A DNA stretch of 64,000 nt from Bacteriovoracia bacterium (GCA_050251055.1 JBFWNL010000003.1:224001-288000); one strand, 5' to 3'; positions 38,641 to 51,340 are shown, counted from the first letter of the stretch. Translations and numbers: made by a program. The notes: generated by a model from the sequence alone, not told the origin.

Positions 38641-38737
38641 TTCCACCCCCAAAAAAGATAGAGGGAGAAAATCAAAAGCCGGCAAGGCTCGCAAGCATTT
38701 TTGCGGTATTTTTCGGCTTTTTAAGCGTGAATGAGAA

Positions 38738-39589
38738 TTACTGCTCCGCGCGAGCTTGTCCTGCGCAAGGATTCGTCTGGCCTTGCGGAAGATAGAAGTT
38801 CGCTGCCGGCACGGGGCTCCACCCGCGGGCCAGTAGATTGGTATAGGCCGCCTTCGGCTGATAACTGCCGCCTACCGACTGCGCCGGGTCGAACCAGACT
38901 TCGTTCCCCGTCACGCCGCAGGCGGGATCCGCGGCGTTGCCGTACTGCGCGTCGTTTGGCGCCAAGCGCCACAACAAGATCAGAGAAATGTGGAAGCGCG
39001 GACCTTGGAAGTAGTCGAGGTCCATCGGGTAGCTCTCGCCCGGCTGCATGTTCACCGGGATACTCGGGCAGCCCAAACGGGTCGGATGCGTGAGATCGTT
39101 GTTCACGACTTCTTGGAAACCTTCGCCGCGGTCCACCCGCAAGATGGCGCCGTCGTCGGAAAGGAGCGCGAACTGATAATCGCCTGCCACGTCGCCGGCG
39201 TTCAAGCGAAGCTCGCTTTCATAGTGCAGCGTGAACCACTCGAGTAGAACCTCGCCGCCATTGTTCTGCAAAAGCGCCCCTTGCGTCGTTTCGAATCCCG
39301 CCGAAAACAGGCGCGTCGGAACGAAAAGCTGGTTGAAATAGAGAATCGCGGGCACCGGAATGCCGTTCGCCTGGTAGTCCATCACGCTATCGTAAGGCGG
39401 CTGACCCGTGAGGTATTTCAGATCGGCTACGAGCCCATTTTGAGGCGTCACCGGCGCGCCGTTGGGATCGCAAACCAATGCCGGCCCGGGACTATTTTGC
39501 TGCAAGTTATGCAGGGGAATGCCGTCCGTACAGCCGCAAGCGGCGCTTAAGATAAGAATGCTCGCTATTTTATTGAATCCCATGCCCAT
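38738..39589 (-). CDS. PA14-domain lipoprotein
   Basis: Signal with AACGC lipobox; YQFALLSDDGAIL and LDYFQGP PA14 motifs. Confidence 0.8.
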   Translation of the reverse strand: MGMGFNKIASILILSAACGCTDGIPLHNLQQNSPGPALVCDPNGAPVTPQNGLVADLKYLTGQPPYDSVMDYQANGIPVPAILYFNQLFVPTRLFSAGFETTQGALLQNNGGEVLLEWFTLHYESELRLNAGDVAGDYQFALLSDDGAILRVDRGEGFQEVVNNDLTHPTRLGCPSIPVNMQPGESYPMDLDYFQGPRFHISLILLWRLAPNDAQYGNAADPACGVTGNEVWFDPAQSVGGSYQPKAAYTNLLARGWSPVPAANFYLPQGQTNPCAGQARAEQ

Positions 39590-39636
39590 ATCTCCCTCTC
39601 AGAACAAATCCAGGCTCCCAAACAAGGAGATGGAAT

Positions 39637-39653
39637 TGCAAAAGGGAAACCAA
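39637..39653 (-). promoter_or_regulatory. Sigma54 -24/-12 promoter
   Basis: TTGGTTTCCCTTTTGCA (GG-N10-GC). Confidence 0.6.
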
Positions 39654-39701
39654 CCCCTCGCCGACCTATGCGGGGATTAACTCGGAATTGGCGGACGCGC
39701 G

Positions 39702-39720
39702 CTGTCTACGAACTAGACAG
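39702..39720. promoter_or_regulatory. Palindromic candidate UAS CTGTCTA-CGAAC-TAGACAG
   Basis: Perfect 7-bp arms, 5-nt spacer, ~50 bp upstream of the sigma54 promoter. Confidence 0.55.
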
Positions 39721-39747
39721 CGAACCACGATCCGGACAAAGGCCGTT

Positions 39748-40332
39748 TTAGACTTTTTTGGATTTACCGGTCGACTTCGTCGCCGAGGCGCCGCGATCCG
39801 CGTTCGAGGTGGCCTTGGTGGCCTTACCGCGAGACTTGGAGCCGCTGAACACCTTGCGGAAGCGGCCGAACGGATCGGCTTGCTTGCCGGCGCCGGCTTG
39901 ATCGGTTTCCTGCGTTTCCGAAGCCTTCTTCTGGGCGTCGGTCGCGGGAGCCTTGCGCTTGCGGTCGATCGGTGGGTGATCCACCAATTCCACCACCGCC
40001 ATCTGGGCGGCGTCGCCGCGACGAAGCTCGGACATCTTCAAGATGCGGGTGTAACCGCCGGCGCGGGCCTTGTAACGCTCGGCCAGCTCGCCGAAGAGCT
40101 TCGTCACCACCGCGCGATCGCGGGTGCGGTCAAACGCCAAACGGCGGCTCGCCAAGTTGGCGTTCTTGCCGAGCGTGACCAGACGATCAACGTGACGGCG
40201 GATTTCCTTCGCCTTCGGCACCGTGGTGATGATCTGTTCCATCTTGATGACCGAGTTGGCCATGTTCCGGTACATCGCCTTGCGGTGCGAAGTATTACGA
40301 CCTAATTTTCTTCCGTCTACGCCGTGTCTCAT
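39748..40332 (-). CDS. rplQ: 50S ribosomal protein L17 with C-terminal extension
   Basis: MRHG...RKLGR...GGYTRILK; position after rpoA. Confidence 0.97.
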   Translation of the reverse strand: MRHGVDGRKLGRNTSHRKAMYRNMANSVIKMEQIITTVPKAKEIRRHVDRLVTLGKNANLASRRLAFDRTRDRAVVTKLFGELAERYKARAGGYTRILKMSELRRGDAAQMAVVELVDHPPIDRKRKAPATDAQKKASETQETDQAGAGKQADPFGRFRKVFSGSKSRGKATKATSNADRGASATKSTGKSKKV

Positions 40333-40370
40333 GACTGCTTCCTATCGTTTACTGCGGTAAATCCTAACCC

Positions 40371-41447
<1,077 letters not shown>

Positions 41448-41547
41448 CTCATTCTCCCGTTGTCTTACGTTAGGCTATATTAAGGGCCTACCGGATGAAC
41501 TGGGTGCGCGTCGACCACCTCGACCCGCACCATCCACCATTAAAAAA

Positions 41548-42174
41548 TTACTTCGAGTACAACTCCACCACCAAGCGTTCTTCCATCGGCGCGGTGATAT
41601 CATCGCGAGTCGGAAGATCGCGCACGCGGGCCTTGAAGCCGGCGGCATCGAGTTCCAACCACTGCGGAATTTCCCGGCGCTTCACGGATTCGAGCGCGGC
41701 CTGAATGCGAGTCACGCCCTTGCTCTTTTCCTTCACTTCCACCAGGTCGCCCTTGCTGATCATGAACGAAGGGACGTTCACGCGGCGGCCGTTCACGACG
41801 AAGTGGCCGTGGCGGACCATCTGGCGGGCTTCGGTGCGGGAATTCGCGAAACCGGAACGATAAGCGACGTTATCGAGGCGGCGCTCCAGCATGCTCAAGA
41901 GCATGGAGCCGGTAACGCCCTTGGAGGCCGAAGCCTTCTCGAACAGGTTGCGGAACTGACGTTCCAGCAAACCGTAGGTCTTCTTGATCTTCTGCTTTTC
42001 GCGGAGCTGCAGACCGTACTCCGAGAACTTGATACGGCCTTGGCCGTGCTGTCCCGGCGGGTAACCGCGGCGCTCGAACGCGCACTTCTCGGTGAAACAA
42101 CGATCGCCTTTCAGAAACAGCTTCTGATTTTCGCGGCGGCAGATTCTACAAACAGATTCACAATAACGAGCCAT
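41548..42174 (-). CDS. rpsD: 30S ribosomal protein S4 (Cys-containing type)
   Basis: [21 protein letters not shown]. Confidence 0.98.
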   Translation of the reverse strand: MARYCESVCRICRRENQKLFLKGDRCFTEKCAFERRGYPPGQHGQGRIKFSEYGLQLREKQKIKKTYGLLERQFRNLFEKASASKGVTGSMLLSMLERRLDNVAYRSGFANSRTEARQMVRHGHFVVNGRRVNVPSFMISKGDLVEVKEKSKGVTRIQAALESVKRREIPQWLELDAAGFKARVRDLPTRDDITAPMEERLVVELYSK

Positions 42175-42195
42175 GTTTCCTTCTACTTCCTTAAA

Positions 42196-42699
42196 CTATA
42201 CGCGACGTTTCTTGGGCGGACGGCAGCCGTTGTGCGGAATCGGCGTCACGTCTTCGATATAAGTCACGCGGAGACCTGCCATCGAGAGCGCGCGCAATGC
42301 GCTTTCGCGGCCGGCACCCGGACCACTGACATAAACTTGTACGGAGCGCATGCCATTTTCCACGGCCTTGCGTCCGGCGTCTTCCGCGGCGACCTGCGCG
42401 GCGAAAGGCGTGTTTTTGCGCGAACCACGGAAGCCTTTTCCGCCCGCGCTGCACCAAGCGATCGCGTTACCCATCGGGTCCGTGACCGTGATGATCGTGT
42501 TGTTGAAAGAAGACAGGATGAAGACCTTGCCGGAAGAAACGTTCTTGCGGCTCTTCTTGACCTTCGCGGCTCCGTCGGCGGGAGCGGCACCGGCGGCCGG
42601 GGCCGCGCCTTCGGCACCCGTGGGCGCCGCGCCCGCAGCGGCAGCTGCGGCGGGTTTCTTTTCTTTATCGGTTTTTACTTCAGTCTTTTGTTCGCTCAT
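42196..42699 (-). CDS. rpsK: 30S ribosomal protein S11 with N-terminal extension
   Basis: [30 protein letters not shown]. Confidence 0.98.
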   Translation of the reverse strand: MSEQKTEVKTDKEKKPAAAAAAGAAPTGAEGAAPAAGAAPADGAAKVKKSRKNVSSGKVFILSSFNNTIITVTDPMGNAIAWCSAGGKGFRGSRKNTPFAAQVAAEDAGRKAVENGMRSVQVYVSGPGAGRESALRALSMAGLRVTYIEDVTPIPHNGCRPPKKRRV

Positions 42700-42727
42700 A
42701 TAATTCCAATAAATCTCTAACTAGCTA

Positions 42728-43114
42728 TTAGCCCTTCATGGCTTTGATGGACTTCTTGCCGGCGATCGCAACCGCTGGGCCCTTACGCGTACGCGCGTTC
42801 GAGTGCGTGCGTTGACCACGTACCGGCAATCCGCGACGATGGCGGACTCCGCGATAGCAGCCGAGATCTTCCAAGCGCTTGATGCTGAGGCTGACTTCAC
42901 GACGAAGATCGCCTTCGACTTTGTAAGCGCGGTCGAGGATTTCACGGATCTTGCCCACTTCGGCTTCGGTGATCGCGTCCGAACTTTTGTTCAGATCGAT
43001 TCCGGCTTCGGTCAGAATTTTCTTCGAGGAAGTTTTTCCGATTCCAAAAATATAAGTCAGCGCAATTTCCATGCGCTTGTTACGGGGCAAATCAACACCA
43101 GCAATACGAGCCAC
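42728..43114 (-). CDS. rpsM: 30S ribosomal protein S13
   Basis: [19 protein letters not shown]. Confidence 0.98.
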   Translation of the reverse strand: MARIAGVDLPRNKRMEIALTYIFGIGKTSSKKILTEAGIDLNKSSDAITEAEVGKIREILDRAYKVEGDLRREVSLSIKRLEDLGCYRGVRHRRGLPVRGQRTHSNARTRKGPAVAIAGKKSIKAMKG

Positions 43115-43241
43115 GCTCTATTCTCCTTAAAAAACGGCGTTCAATTAGTTGGATCCTGTCAAGTACTTCAAGAGGCGCAGAACTACAAGGATATTTGCTA
43201 AGAAATCCCCGCAAAAAACGCGGTAATTTCCCGGCTTTTGA

Positions 43242-43355
43242 TTACCCTTGGCGCTGCTTATGACGCGGGTTTTCGCAGATGACGCGAACCACACCCCGGC
43301 GGCGAACCACTTTGCATTTCAAACAGATCTTTTTAACCGATGCACGAACCTTCAT
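43242..43355 (-). CDS. rpmJ: 50S ribosomal protein L36 (below ORF-track length cutoff)
   Basis: Translates to [37 protein letters not shown]. Confidence 0.97.
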   Translation of the reverse strand: MKVRASVKKICLKCKVVRRRGVVRVICENPRHKQRQG

Positions 43356-43389
43356 TACGCTTTACCTCTTCTAAAAAACTAATAGTTGA

Positions 43390-43608
43390 CTATTTCGCTC
43401 TGTAAGTAATCCGCCCCCGGGTTAAATCGTAGGGAGAGAGCTCCACCGTCACTTTGTCGCCCGGGAGGATCTTGATGTAAAACATCCGCATCTTGCCGGA
43501 AATATGGGCCAGGATTTGATGCCCGTTCTCGAGTTTCACGCGAAACATGGCGTTCGGCAGGGGCTCCACCACGGTTCCTTCCACTACGATTGCATCTTCT
43601 TTGGCCAT
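43390..43608 (-). CDS. infA: Translation initiation factor IF-1
   Basis: [13 protein letters not shown]...[13 protein letters not shown]. Confidence 0.98.
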   Translation of the reverse strand: MAKEDAIVVEGTVVEPLPNAMFRVKLENGHQILAHISGKMRMFYIKILPGDKVTVELSPYDLTRGRITYRAK

Positions 43609-43643
43609 CCGACCCTTTCCAGTCGTCCTAAATCCACAATTCG

Positions 43644-44402
43644 CTAAGTCTTTGATCCTAAAGTCAAAATCTCCGGTCCTTTCGGCATAATCGCAACCGT
43701 GTGCTCAAAATGAGCCGATAGTGACCGATCTACCGTGACCGCCGTCCAACCATCTTTGAGGACTTTGACTTCAGGACTGCCGTTATTGACCATGGGCTCG
43801 ATCGCCAACACCATTCCGACCTTCAAGGGTATACCCTTCCCCTTGGCGCCAAAATTAGGCACTTGCGGCTCCTCATGGAGGGCCCTTCCGATACCATGAC
43901 CGACGAATTCCCTTACCACGCTGTATTTAAACGCTTCAACATAATTTTGGATCGCAAAACCAATGTCCAAGACGCGATTTCCCTCGTGGCACTGCTCGAT
44001 TCCCTTGAATAGCCCATCACGTGTCACGTCGATGAGCTTCTGAGCTTCGGGGCTGATCTTACCTACGGGTACGGTACGGGCGGAATCGCTGTACCAGCCC
44101 TCGTAAATAACCCCAAAATCCAGGCCCACAATGTCGCCGTCTTTTAACACACGCTTGGGAGACGGGATCCCGTGCACGACCTCCTCGTTTACCGAGATAC
44201 ATACACAGCTCGGGAACCCATGGTAGCCTTTGAACGCGGGCTTTACTTTTAGCTCCCGGCAGCGGCTCTCGGCGTACTGATCCAGCTCGCCCGTCGTCAC
44301 GCCGGGTTTCGCCATCGCCGACATCTCGTCGAGGATCTGCGCTAGCGCTGAACCCGCTTTGCGCATGTAATCGAGCTCGCGTTCGGATTTCAAGGTGATC
44401 AT
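43644..44402 (-). CDS. map: Methionine aminopeptidase type I
   Basis: [27 protein letters not shown]. Confidence 0.97.
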   Translation of the reverse strand: MITLKSERELDYMRKAGSALAQILDEMSAMAKPGVTTGELDQYAESRCRELKVKPAFKGYHGFPSCVCISVNEEVVHGIPSPKRVLKDGDIVGLDFGVIYEGWYSDSARTVPVGKISPEAQKLIDVTRDGLFKGIEQCHEGNRVLDIGFAIQNYVEAFKYSVVREFVGHGIGRALHEEPQVPNFGAKGKGIPLKVGMVLAIEPMVNNGSPEVKVLKDGWTAVTVDRSLSAHFEHTVAIMPKGPEILTLGSKT

Positions 44403-44410
44403 GACGGAAC

Positions 44411-45052
44411 TTACTTCAAGGTTCCGAGAAGCGAAGTATAGACCTGGTCCGGAGACTCGCTGGCGTTGATCTGCTTCAAAATGTTTTTCTTCGTGTAGAA
44501 ATCAACCAGCGGCGCCGTCTGTTTGCGATAAACTTCGAGCCGGTTCTTGATCACCGACTCCTTGTCGTCATCGCGCTGGACGAGCGCGGTTCCGCAGTTG
44601 TCGCAAACGCCGTCGCTTTTTGGCTTCGTGAACTTCACGTGAAAAACCGCGCTGCACTTGGGACAGCTGCGGCGGCCCGAGAGGCGCTCGATCACGTCGG
44701 CGTCGTCGACTTCGAAGAAAATCACGCGCTCGAGCTTGCGGCCCGAGGCCGCCAACATCTGGTCCATGGTTTCCGCCTGCGGGATATTGCGAGGGAAGCC
44801 ATCGAGGATGAAACCATTTTTGCAGTCGGGATTCTGAATACGTTCTTTAATGAGTCCAACCACGATCGCGTCGGTCACGAGCTCGCCCCGATCCATGAAA
44901 GCTTTCGCTTCCATTCCCAGCTTGCTCCTGGCGGCGATCGCCGCGCGCAGCATGTCGCCCGTGGAAAGCTGCGGCCAGCCCTTCTCCGTGACCAAGCGCT
45001 TGGCTTGCGTTCCTTTTCCAGAGCCAGGCGGGCCAAGCAGCAGCAAGATCAT
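44411..45052 (-). CDS. adk: Adenylate kinase (zinc-lid type)
   Basis: GPPGSGKGTQA, LDGFPR, CPKC...CDNC. Confidence 0.97.
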   Translation of the reverse strand: MILLLLGPPGSGKGTQAKRLVTEKGWPQLSTGDMLRAAIAARSKLGMEAKAFMDRGELVTDAIVVGLIKERIQNPDCKNGFILDGFPRNIPQAETMDQMLAASGRKLERVIFFEVDDADVIERLSGRRSCPKCSAVFHVKFTKPKSDGVCDNCGTALVQRDDDKESVIKNRLEVYRKQTAPLVDFYTKKNILKQINASESPDQVYTSLLGTLK

Positions 45053-46353
45053 CGGTAAGCCGCTCTACCCTTCAGCCGCGCGTGCTTCATGAAGCCTTCG
45101 TAGTTGCGGCTCAGCAAGAACGTTTCGATCTGCGCCGTCGTATCGAGCGCCACGCCCACCAAGATCAGCACGCTGGTGCCGCCGAAATAAAACGGCACGT
45201 GCATGGCTTGGGTCATGAGCGTCGGCAACACGCAGATGGCGGAGATGTAAATCGCGCCACCCAAAGTGATTCGTCCCAATACGTAATCAATGTATTCCGC
45301 GGTGGCTGGACCCGGACGGATGCCGGGGATGAAGCCGCCGTACTTCTTGAGATTATCGGCCACATCGTCGGTCTTAAAGACGATAGCGGTGTAAAAATAA
45401 CAGAAGAACACAATCAGGCCGACGAAGAGCACGTTGTAAATGAGCGCGCCGGGCTGCACCATCGCGGCGAGCTTCTGCATCCAAGGCACGTGTACGAAGT
45501 TGCCCAAGGTCCCCGGAAACATGATGAGCGAAGACGCGAAGATCGGCGGGATCACGCCGGAGGTGTTGATCTTAAGCGGCAAGTGGGTGTTCTGGCCCCC
45601 GTAAACCTTCCGCCCGACGATCCGTTTGGCGTACTGAATCGAAATCCGGCGGGAGCCCCGCTCCACGAAAATGATCACAAAGAAGGTAACAATAATGATC
45701 GCGAGCACCATCAGGATGCGGAAAGCGCTCATTTCGCCCGAGCGGTAAAGACTCAGGGTGTTGGCGATGCCGCCCGGAATGGCCGCGGCGATACCGCCGA
45801 AGATCAGCAGCGAAATACCGTTGCCGATGCCACGCTCGGAGATCTGCTCGCCCAGCCACATTAGGAACACGGTGCCCGCGGTGAGCGTCAATGCCGTCAT
45901 GAGACGGAAGCCCATGCCAGGCGTAATGACGATGCCGCCGCCGCCCATGTTTTCGAGGCCCGTGGCGATGGAGTATCCCTGCACCAAGCAGAGCACGACC
46001 GTGCCGTAACGAACGTATTGAGTCTTCTTTTTGCGGCCGGCTTCGCCTTCTTTTTTCAGCTCGGCGAGAAACGGCCACACCACCGTCAGGAGCTCGAAAA
46101 TAATGGAGCTGCTGATGTAAGGCATGACGCCCAACGCAAGGATGGAAAAGCGCTCAAGCGCGCCGCCCGAGAACATATTGAAGACGCCGAAAACCGTGCC
46201 TTGCAGCTGCTCGAAGAGCTTAGCCAACTCGTCAGAGTTGATGCCAGGAGTAGGGACGTGCACGCCCAGACGGTACACGGCCAACACCATCAAGCTGAAC
46301 AGAATGCGTTTCCGTAGTTCCGGGATCTTTACAATTCCATCTGCTCCAGACAT
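45049..46353 (-). CDS. secY: Preprotein translocase SecY
   Basis: SILALGVMPYISSSII, GIGNGISL, IPGIRPG. Confidence 0.98.
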   Translation of the reverse strand: MSGADGIVKIPELRKRILFSLMVLAVYRLGVHVPTPGINSDELAKLFEQLQGTVFGVFNMFSGGALERFSILALGVMPYISSSIIFELLTVVWPFLAELKKEGEAGRKKKTQYVRYGTVVLCLVQGYSIATGLENMGGGGIVITPGMGFRLMTALTLTAGTVFLMWLGEQISERGIGNGISLLIFGGIAAAIPGGIANTLSLYRSGEMSAFRILMVLAIIIVTFFVIIFVERGSRRISIQYAKRIVGRKVYGGQNTHLPLKINTSGVIPPIFASSLIMFPGTLGNFVHVPWMQKLAAMVQPGALIYNVLFVGLIVFFCYFYTAIVFKTDDVADNLKKYGGFIPGIRPGPATAEYIDYVLGRITLGGAIYISAICVLPTLMTQAMHVPFYFGGTSVLILVGVALDTTAQIETFLLSRNYEGFMKHARLKGRAAYR

Positions 46354-46402
46354 CGCTCGCTTCGCTCCTTCTTCGCTCGACTACGACTGCGGATTCGGTC
46401 TC

Positions 46403-46930
46403 TTACTTTTTCTTGGCGGTTTTCTTGGCTGCCTTCTTAGCCTTCGTCTCTTCCTTCCGAATATCGGAGAGGGAGCGCGGGCGCGGGACGATTTCGAAGC
46501 TGCCGCCGGCCTGCTTGATCTTTTCCTGGGCCGAGGGGCTGACCTTGTGGGCCTTCACCTTGAAAGCCTTCTTCAGTTCGCCGGTGCCCAAAATAACGAG
46601 CTGGTCGGCGTAACCGCGGACCTGCTTGCCCTTCATGAGGGACTCCAGGGTCACTTCCGAATACTCCTTCGGATCGAGACGCTCGAGATCGCCGACGTTC
46701 AGGACGGCGCGCTCACGACGCATGAAATTGGCAAAGCCGCGCTTCGGCAGCTTACGGTACAGAGGCGTCTGACCGCCTTCGAAACCCGGACGGGAAACGC
46801 CACCACTACGGGCCAGCTGACCCTTATCGCCTTTACCGGCCGTGGGACCACCGGAACCGGGTCCGCGGCCTTTACGACGGGGCGCCTGAGTGGCGCCCGG
46901 CTGGGCTTTAATGTTGTTTAACTGCAACAT
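46403..46930 (-). CDS. rplO: 50S ribosomal protein L15
   Basis: GFEGGQTPLYRKLPKRGF. Confidence 0.97.
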   Translation of the reverse strand: MLQLNNIKAQPGATQAPRRKGRGPGSGGPTAGKGDKGQLARSGGVSRPGFEGGQTPLYRKLPKRGFANFMRRERAVLNVGDLERLDPKEYSEVTLESLMKGKQVRGYADQLVILGTGELKKAFKVKAHKVSPSAQEKIKQAGGSFEIVPRPRSLSDIRKEETKAKKAAKKTAKKK

Positions 46931-46931
46931 A

Positions 46932-47129
46932 CTAACTCTCCTTCACCACTTCTACGAGGTGTAGAACTTTCTTGATCATGCCACGAACCGCCGGGGTGTT
47001 CTCCAGGGTGCGGACATGCTCACGATGGCGCAAACCCAGCCCCGCGATCGTGGCGCGTTGCTTCGGGTTGCACGAAATCGTGCCTTTTTTCAGCTTAATC
47101 GTAATGTTTTTCTTCGTGCCTGCGCTCAT
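46932..47129 (-). CDS. rpmD: 50S ribosomal protein L30
   Basis: QRATIAGLGLR...NTPAVRGMI; operon position. Confidence 0.95.
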   Translation of the reverse strand: MSAGTKKNITIKLKKGTISCNPKQRATIAGLGLRHREHVRTLENTPAVRGMIKKVLHLVEVVKES

Positions 47130-47139
47130 AACTCACCTC

Positions 47140-47655
47140 TTAGCTCAGAATCTCGGCGACTTGCTTGCCGCGCGCCCGGGCGATGTCCTGGAAGCTGCGG
47201 AGTTTCTTCAAGGCGACGAGCGTCGCGCGCACGACGTTGTGCGGGTTGTCGCGACGGATCGACTTGGCATTGATGTTCTGGATGCCAGCGGCTTCCAAGA
47301 TCGCGCGCACGCTGGAGCTGGCGATCACGCCCGTTCCTTCCGGGGCGGGCTTCATCAACACGCGGCTGGCGCCGTAACGGCCCAGGATCTGGTGCGGGAT
47401 AGTGGTACCTTCCAGCGCGACCTTCATCATGTGCTTGCGCGCCTTCTTGCCGGCCTTCTTGATGGCTTCCGGCACTTCGCTGGCTTTACCCAGGCCCACG
47501 CCGACGCTGCCCTTCTTGTCGCCGACCACCACGATCGCCGAGAAGCTGAAGCGGCGTCCGCCCTTCACTACCTTCGCGCAGCGATTGATGTGGATGACCT
47601 TATCTTCAAAGTCGCCATCTTCACGATTGTCCCGGCGATCATTTCTTTCAGCCAT
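47140..47655 (-). CDS. rpsE: 30S ribosomal protein S5
   Basis: [19 protein letters not shown]. Confidence 0.98.
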   Translation of the reverse strand: MAERNDRRDNREDGDFEDKVIHINRCAKVVKGGRRFSFSAIVVVGDKKGSVGVGLGKASEVPEAIKKAGKKARKHMMKVALEGTTIPHQILGRYGASRVLMKPAPEGTGVIASSSVRAILEAAGIQNINAKSIRRDNPHNVVRATLVALKKLRSFQDIARARGKQVAEILS

Positions 47656-47669
47656 TTTTCAATCTCTCC

Positions 47670-48050
47670 TTAAAATTTCAATCCACCTTCACGCGCGGCA
47701 TCGGCGACTGCCTTGATGCGACCGTGATAGATGTAACCGCCGCGGTCGAAGACCACCTTGGTGATGTTCTTGGCGATGGCGCGCTTGGCGATCAAGCCGC
47801 CGACCGTCTTCGCACCTTCGACCGAGCTGTGGGCTTTCTTGCCACGCAGCTCTTCCTCGGAGGTCGAAGCCGCGGCCAGCGTGTGGCCCTTGGTGTCGTT
47901 GATGATCTGCACGTAGATGTGCTTGTTCGAGCGGAACACCGCCAGGCGAGGACGCTCTTCGGTCCCTTCCAAGCGCGCGCGGATGCGCGCCTTGTGCTTG
48001 AACCGCACCTTCTTCTTCGGATTCGTCGTGCGACGGATTCTGGTTGCCAT
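47670..48050 (-). CDS. rplR: 50S ribosomal protein L18
   Basis: [25 protein letters not shown]. Confidence 0.98.
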   Translation of the reverse strand: MATRIRRTTNPKKKVRFKHKARIRARLEGTEERPRLAVFRSNKHIYVQIINDTKGHTLAAASTSEEELRGKKAHSSVEGAKTVGGLIAKRAIAKNITKVVFDRGGYIYHGRIKAVADAAREGGLKF

Positions 48051-48051
48051 A

Positions 48052-48597
48052 TTACTTCGCTCCTGCCGCCTTGCCTTGCTTGCGGATGATTCTTTCGTTC
48101 GTGTACTTCACGCCCTTGCCTTGGTAAGGCTCCGGCTTCTTGAACGCGCGGATCTTGTCCGCGACCATGCCCACCATCACCTTGTCCGCGCCGCTCACCA
48201 CCACGTGGGTGTTGTTCGTCACGGCCGCCGTGATGCCTTCGGGCAGTTCGTAGTCAATCGGGTGCGAGTAGCCCAAAGTCATGCTCAGGACCTTGCCCTT
48301 CACGGCCGCGCGGTAACCGACGCCGACGATATCGAGCTCTTTCTCGAAACCCGTCTTCACGCCGTGAACCATGTTGCCAATCAAGGTGCGGCTCACGCCG
48401 TGGAGGGCGCTGAGCTTCTTGTTGTCCTTTTCCTTACGGGTCACCAGCAGGTTGTCCTTGTCGAGCTTCGCTTCGATGCCTTCCGGCATGCGGTAGCTGA
48501 GCTTGCCTTTCGGGCCTTCAACCTTCACCAAGCCGTCCTTGATGTCGACCTTTACGCCCTGCTGAACTTTAATGGGTGCCTTACCTACGCGAGACAT
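48052..48597 (-). CDS. rplF: 50S ribosomal protein L6
   Basis: [17 protein letters not shown]. Confidence 0.98.
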   Translation of the reverse strand: MSRVGKAPIKVQQGVKVDIKDGLVKVEGPKGKLSYRMPEGIEAKLDKDNLLVTRKEKDNKKLSALHGVSRTLIGNMVHGVKTGFEKELDIVGVGYRAAVKGKVLSMTLGYSHPIDYELPEGITAAVTNNTHVVVSGADKVMVGMVADKIRAFKKPEPYQGKGVKYTNERIIRKQGKAAGAK

Positions 48598-48600
48598 ATT

Positions 48601-49002
48601 TTACCAAACCTCACAAAGGACTTCGCCGCCGACCTTCATGGCGCGAGCTTTCGATCCCGTCAGCACGCCCTTGGACGTGGACACGATCGCGATCCCGGCG
48701 CCGCCCAGCGGACGAGGCAGGGTATCGTAGCTCGAATACCGGCGCAGGCCCGGCGTGCTCACCCGGCGGATGCCTTGGATCACGCTTTGACCGTCTTCGC
48801 CGTACTTCAAGTAAACCTTGATCTGGGCATGGCCCTTGTCGTCGCGCATGAGGCGGAAGTTCTTCACGAATCCTTCTTCCTTCAGCACGCGCACGACGTT
48901 CGCCTTGATGCGCGAAGCGGGAATATCGATCTTCTCGATCTTCTCCTTGGCGCCGTTACGAATTCTCGTCAATAAATCTGCAATCGGATCAGTCATTGCC
49001 AT
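48601..49002 (-). CDS. rpsH: 30S ribosomal protein S8
   Basis: [21 protein letters not shown]. Confidence 0.98.
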   Translation of the reverse strand: MAMTDPIADLLTRIRNGAKEKIEKIDIPASRIKANVVRVLKEEGFVKNFRLMRDDKGHAQIKVYLKYGEDGQSVIQGIRRVSTPGLRRYSSYDTLPRPLGGAGIAIVSTSKGVLTGSKARAMKVGGEVLCEVW

Positions 49003-49010
49003 AAATCACC

Positions 49011-49196
49011 TCACCAGCTCGACTTCGTCACGCCCGGCAGTTCGCCCCGGAGCGCCATACCGCGGAAACACAGGCGGCACATGTTGAACTTGCGCATATA
49101 CGCGCGGGGACGGCCGCACAACGGACAGCGGTTGCGCACCCTCACCTTGAACTTAAGCTTTTTGCCGATCTTCTCGAGCTTACATTTCTTAGCCAA
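49011..49196 (-). CDS. rpsN: 30S ribosomal protein S14 type Z (zinc-binding)
   Basis: RCPLCGRPR...CRLCFR...GVTKSSW. Confidence 0.97.
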   Translation of the reverse strand: MAKKCKLEKIGKKLKFKVRVRNRCPLCGRPRAYMRKFNMCRLCFRGMALRGELPGVTKSSW

Positions 49197-49208
49197 ACGT
49201 CGGTCTCC

Positions 49209-49940
49209 TTACTTTCTGAAAGGCATGCCAAGCTCGGTCAGCATCGCCCGAGCGTGTTCGTTCTTGGTTGCCGAGGTGGTGATCGTGATGGTCATACCCG
49301 CGACCTTTTCCACCTTATCGTAATTAATTTCCGGGAAGATGATCTGCTCGCGCAGGCCCATCGAGTAATTCCCGCGGCCGTCAAAGCTCTTCGGGTTCAC
49401 GCCGCGGAAGTCACGCACGCGAGGAAGCGCGGTGTTCATCAAGCGGTCCAGGAATTCGTACATGCGCGCGCGGCGCAGGGTCACGCGCACCGCGAGCGGG
49501 ATGCCGGCGCGAACTTTGAAGTTCGAAATCGCCTTCTTCGCGCGGGTGAAGACCGGCTTCTGACCGGTGATCGCCATGATCTCATTGTAGGTATGATCGA
49601 GCAGCTTCGGGTTGCCCACGGCTTCCTTCAGCGCGCAGTTGATCACGACCTTCTTGATGCGCGGTACTTGCATCGGGTTCTTGAACTGGAATTGCTTCAT
49701 CAGGGAAGGCACCACCGTGTCGGTGTAGAGCTTCTGCAGGCGCGGGGTGGCCGACGGCGAAATGCGGGTTTCCCCGTCCGCCGCGATCTTCACGTCCGAC
49801 TGGACGCCCTTATCGCGCTTGCCTTTGCCTTCCTTGCCTCCGCCCTTCTTCGCTTCCTTCGCGGCTTCGGGGGCGGCTCCGCCTTCGGCGGCCGGCTTGG
49901 CTTTCTTTTCAGTTTTCTTATCTTCGTTATTCTCAGCCAT
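49209..49940 (-). CDS. rplE: 50S ribosomal protein L5 with ~60-aa N-terminal extension
   Basis: [22 protein letters not shown]. Confidence 0.98.
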   Translation of the reverse strand: MAENNEDKKTEKKAKPAAEGGAAPEAAKEAKKGGGKEGKGKRDKGVQSDVKIAADGETRISPSATPRLQKLYTDTVVPSLMKQFQFKNPMQVPRIKKVVINCALKEAVGNPKLLDHTYNEIMAITGQKPVFTRAKKAISNFKVRAGIPLAVRVTLRRARMYEFLDRLMNTALPRVRDFRGVNPKSFDGRGNYSMGLREQIIFPEINYDKVEKVAGMTITITTSATKNEHARAMLTELGMPFRK

Positions 49941-49949
49941 AAATTCCTC

Positions 49950-50306
49950 TTACTTCGACGTCTCGAGCGCGGTGTCGCACTTCTTGCACACGCGGGTCTT
50001 CTTAGCGCCGCCCTTCGCCTTGGCGTCGATTTTCATTCCGTGCCGTACGCCCTTGTTGCACTTCGGGCACATCAGCAGCACGTTGGAATAATGAATCGGC
50101 AGTTCCTTTTCCAGCATTCCGCCGGCGGGGTTTTGCTGACTGGGCTTCACGTGGCGCTTCTTCATGTTGATGCGTTCCACGACCACCCGGCCGGACTTGC
50201 CCAACACGCGCATGACCTTGCCGGTCTTGCCGCGATCACTGCCCGTCATGACCTGCACGAGGTCATTCTTACGGATCGTAAACTTAGTGGTTGCCTGGGC
50301 GCTCAT
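49950..50306 (-). CDS. rplX: 50S ribosomal protein L24
   Basis: [21 protein letters not shown]. Confidence 0.97.
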   Translation of the reverse strand: MSAQATTKFTIRKNDLVQVMTGSDRGKTGKVMRVLGKSGRVVVERINMKKRHVKPSQQNPAGGMLEKELPIHYSNVLLMCPKCNKGVRHGMKIDAKAKGGAKKTRVCKKCDTALETSK

Positions 50307-50671
50307 AATACCTCCGGAGCGAGCGAGATGATCTTGGTGAACGCCTTACCGCGCAGCTCACGCGCCACGGGTCCAAAGATACGCGTGCCGATCGGCTCAC
50401 TCTGGGCGTTGATCAAGACCGCCGAATTCGAATCAAAGCGGATGTAGGTGCCGTCGCCACGATTGATTTCCTTCTTCGTGCGGACGACCACGGCCTTCAG
50501 GATGTCCCCCTTCTTCACTTTCGCGTTCGGGGAGGCGTCCTTCACGGTGACGACGATCACGTCGCCCACGCTGGCGTACCGGCGGCGCGAACCGCCCAGC
50601 ACCTTGATGCACATGACGGACTTGGCGCCGGAGTTATCCGCGACATCCAACCGTGTGGTTTGCATAATCAT
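50303..50671 (-). CDS. rplN: 50S ribosomal protein L14
   Basis: [21 protein letters not shown]. Confidence 0.98.
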   Translation of the reverse strand: MIMQTTRLDVADNSGAKSVMCIKVLGGSRRRYASVGDVIVVTVKDASPNAKVKKGDILKAVVVRTKKEINRGDGTYIRFDSNSAVLINAQSEPIGTRIFGPVARELRGKAFTKIISLAPEVL

Positions 50672-50683
50672 GACAAATTCTCC

Positions 50684-51082
50684 TTAATCCACGTTCACCA
50701 GCGCGGCGGAGCTGCCACGACGGATGATCGATTGGAGGACCCAACGCTTTTCCCGGCTCAAAGGACGGCTCTCGACGAGCGACACCAGGTCGCCGGTCTT
50801 CGCGTCGTTCTTCTCGTCGTGCGCCTTAAACTTGCGCGAACGTACGGTGTACTTGTTGTAGAAGGAATCGCGAACGCGACGATCGATGCGGACCACGATG
50901 GTCTTCTGCATCTTATCGCTCACCACGATGCCCACCATTTCCCCGCGGCGCTGGAGCGCGTTGCGGGTGTCCTGGTTGATTTCCAGGGTCTTCTCGTCCG
51001 TGCTCGTCGAGGCGGCGCGAGAGGTTTTATTTTCCTTTGCCGGGGCGGTCTTCACAGCCGGCTTCTTCGTCGTCGTTGCCAT
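50684..51082 (-). CDS. rpsQ: 30S ribosomal protein S17 with N-terminal extension
   Basis: GIVVSDKMQKTIVV, ESRPLSREKRW. Confidence 0.97.
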   Translation of the reverse strand: MATTTKKPAVKTAPAKENKTSRAASTSTDEKTLEINQDTRNALQRRGEMVGIVVSDKMQKTIVVRIDRRVRDSFYNKYTVRSRKFKAHDEKNDAKTGDLVSLVESRPLSREKRWVLQSIIRRGSSAALVNVD

Positions 51083-51330
51083 TACTTCTTACCTTTCGCC
51101 GAAGCTTCGGTTTTCGTCGCCTTTTGGGCTTTGGCCGCGCTCAAGGAAGCAAGCATGAACTTCATGCGATTCAGCTCCTTGCGCTGGCGCCAGATCTTCG
51201 CGGTGTCTTCGAGTTGGCCGGTGGCCAGCTTGAGACGGGAGTCAAACACGGCGGCTTCGGATTCGCGAATCTTCGTCCGCAATTCGTCCGCCGTCAGGTT
51301 CCGCACGTCTTTCATCTTTTTATTCGCCAC
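51082..51330 (-). CDS. rpmC: 50S ribosomal protein L29
   Basis: ATGQLEDTAKI; position between rplP and rpsQ. Confidence 0.93.
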   Translation of the reverse strand: MANKKMKDVRNLTADELRTKIRESEAAVFDSRLKLATGQLEDTAKIWRQRKELNRMKFMLASLSAAKAQKATKTEASAKGKK

Positions 51331-51340
51331 GATTCACCTC

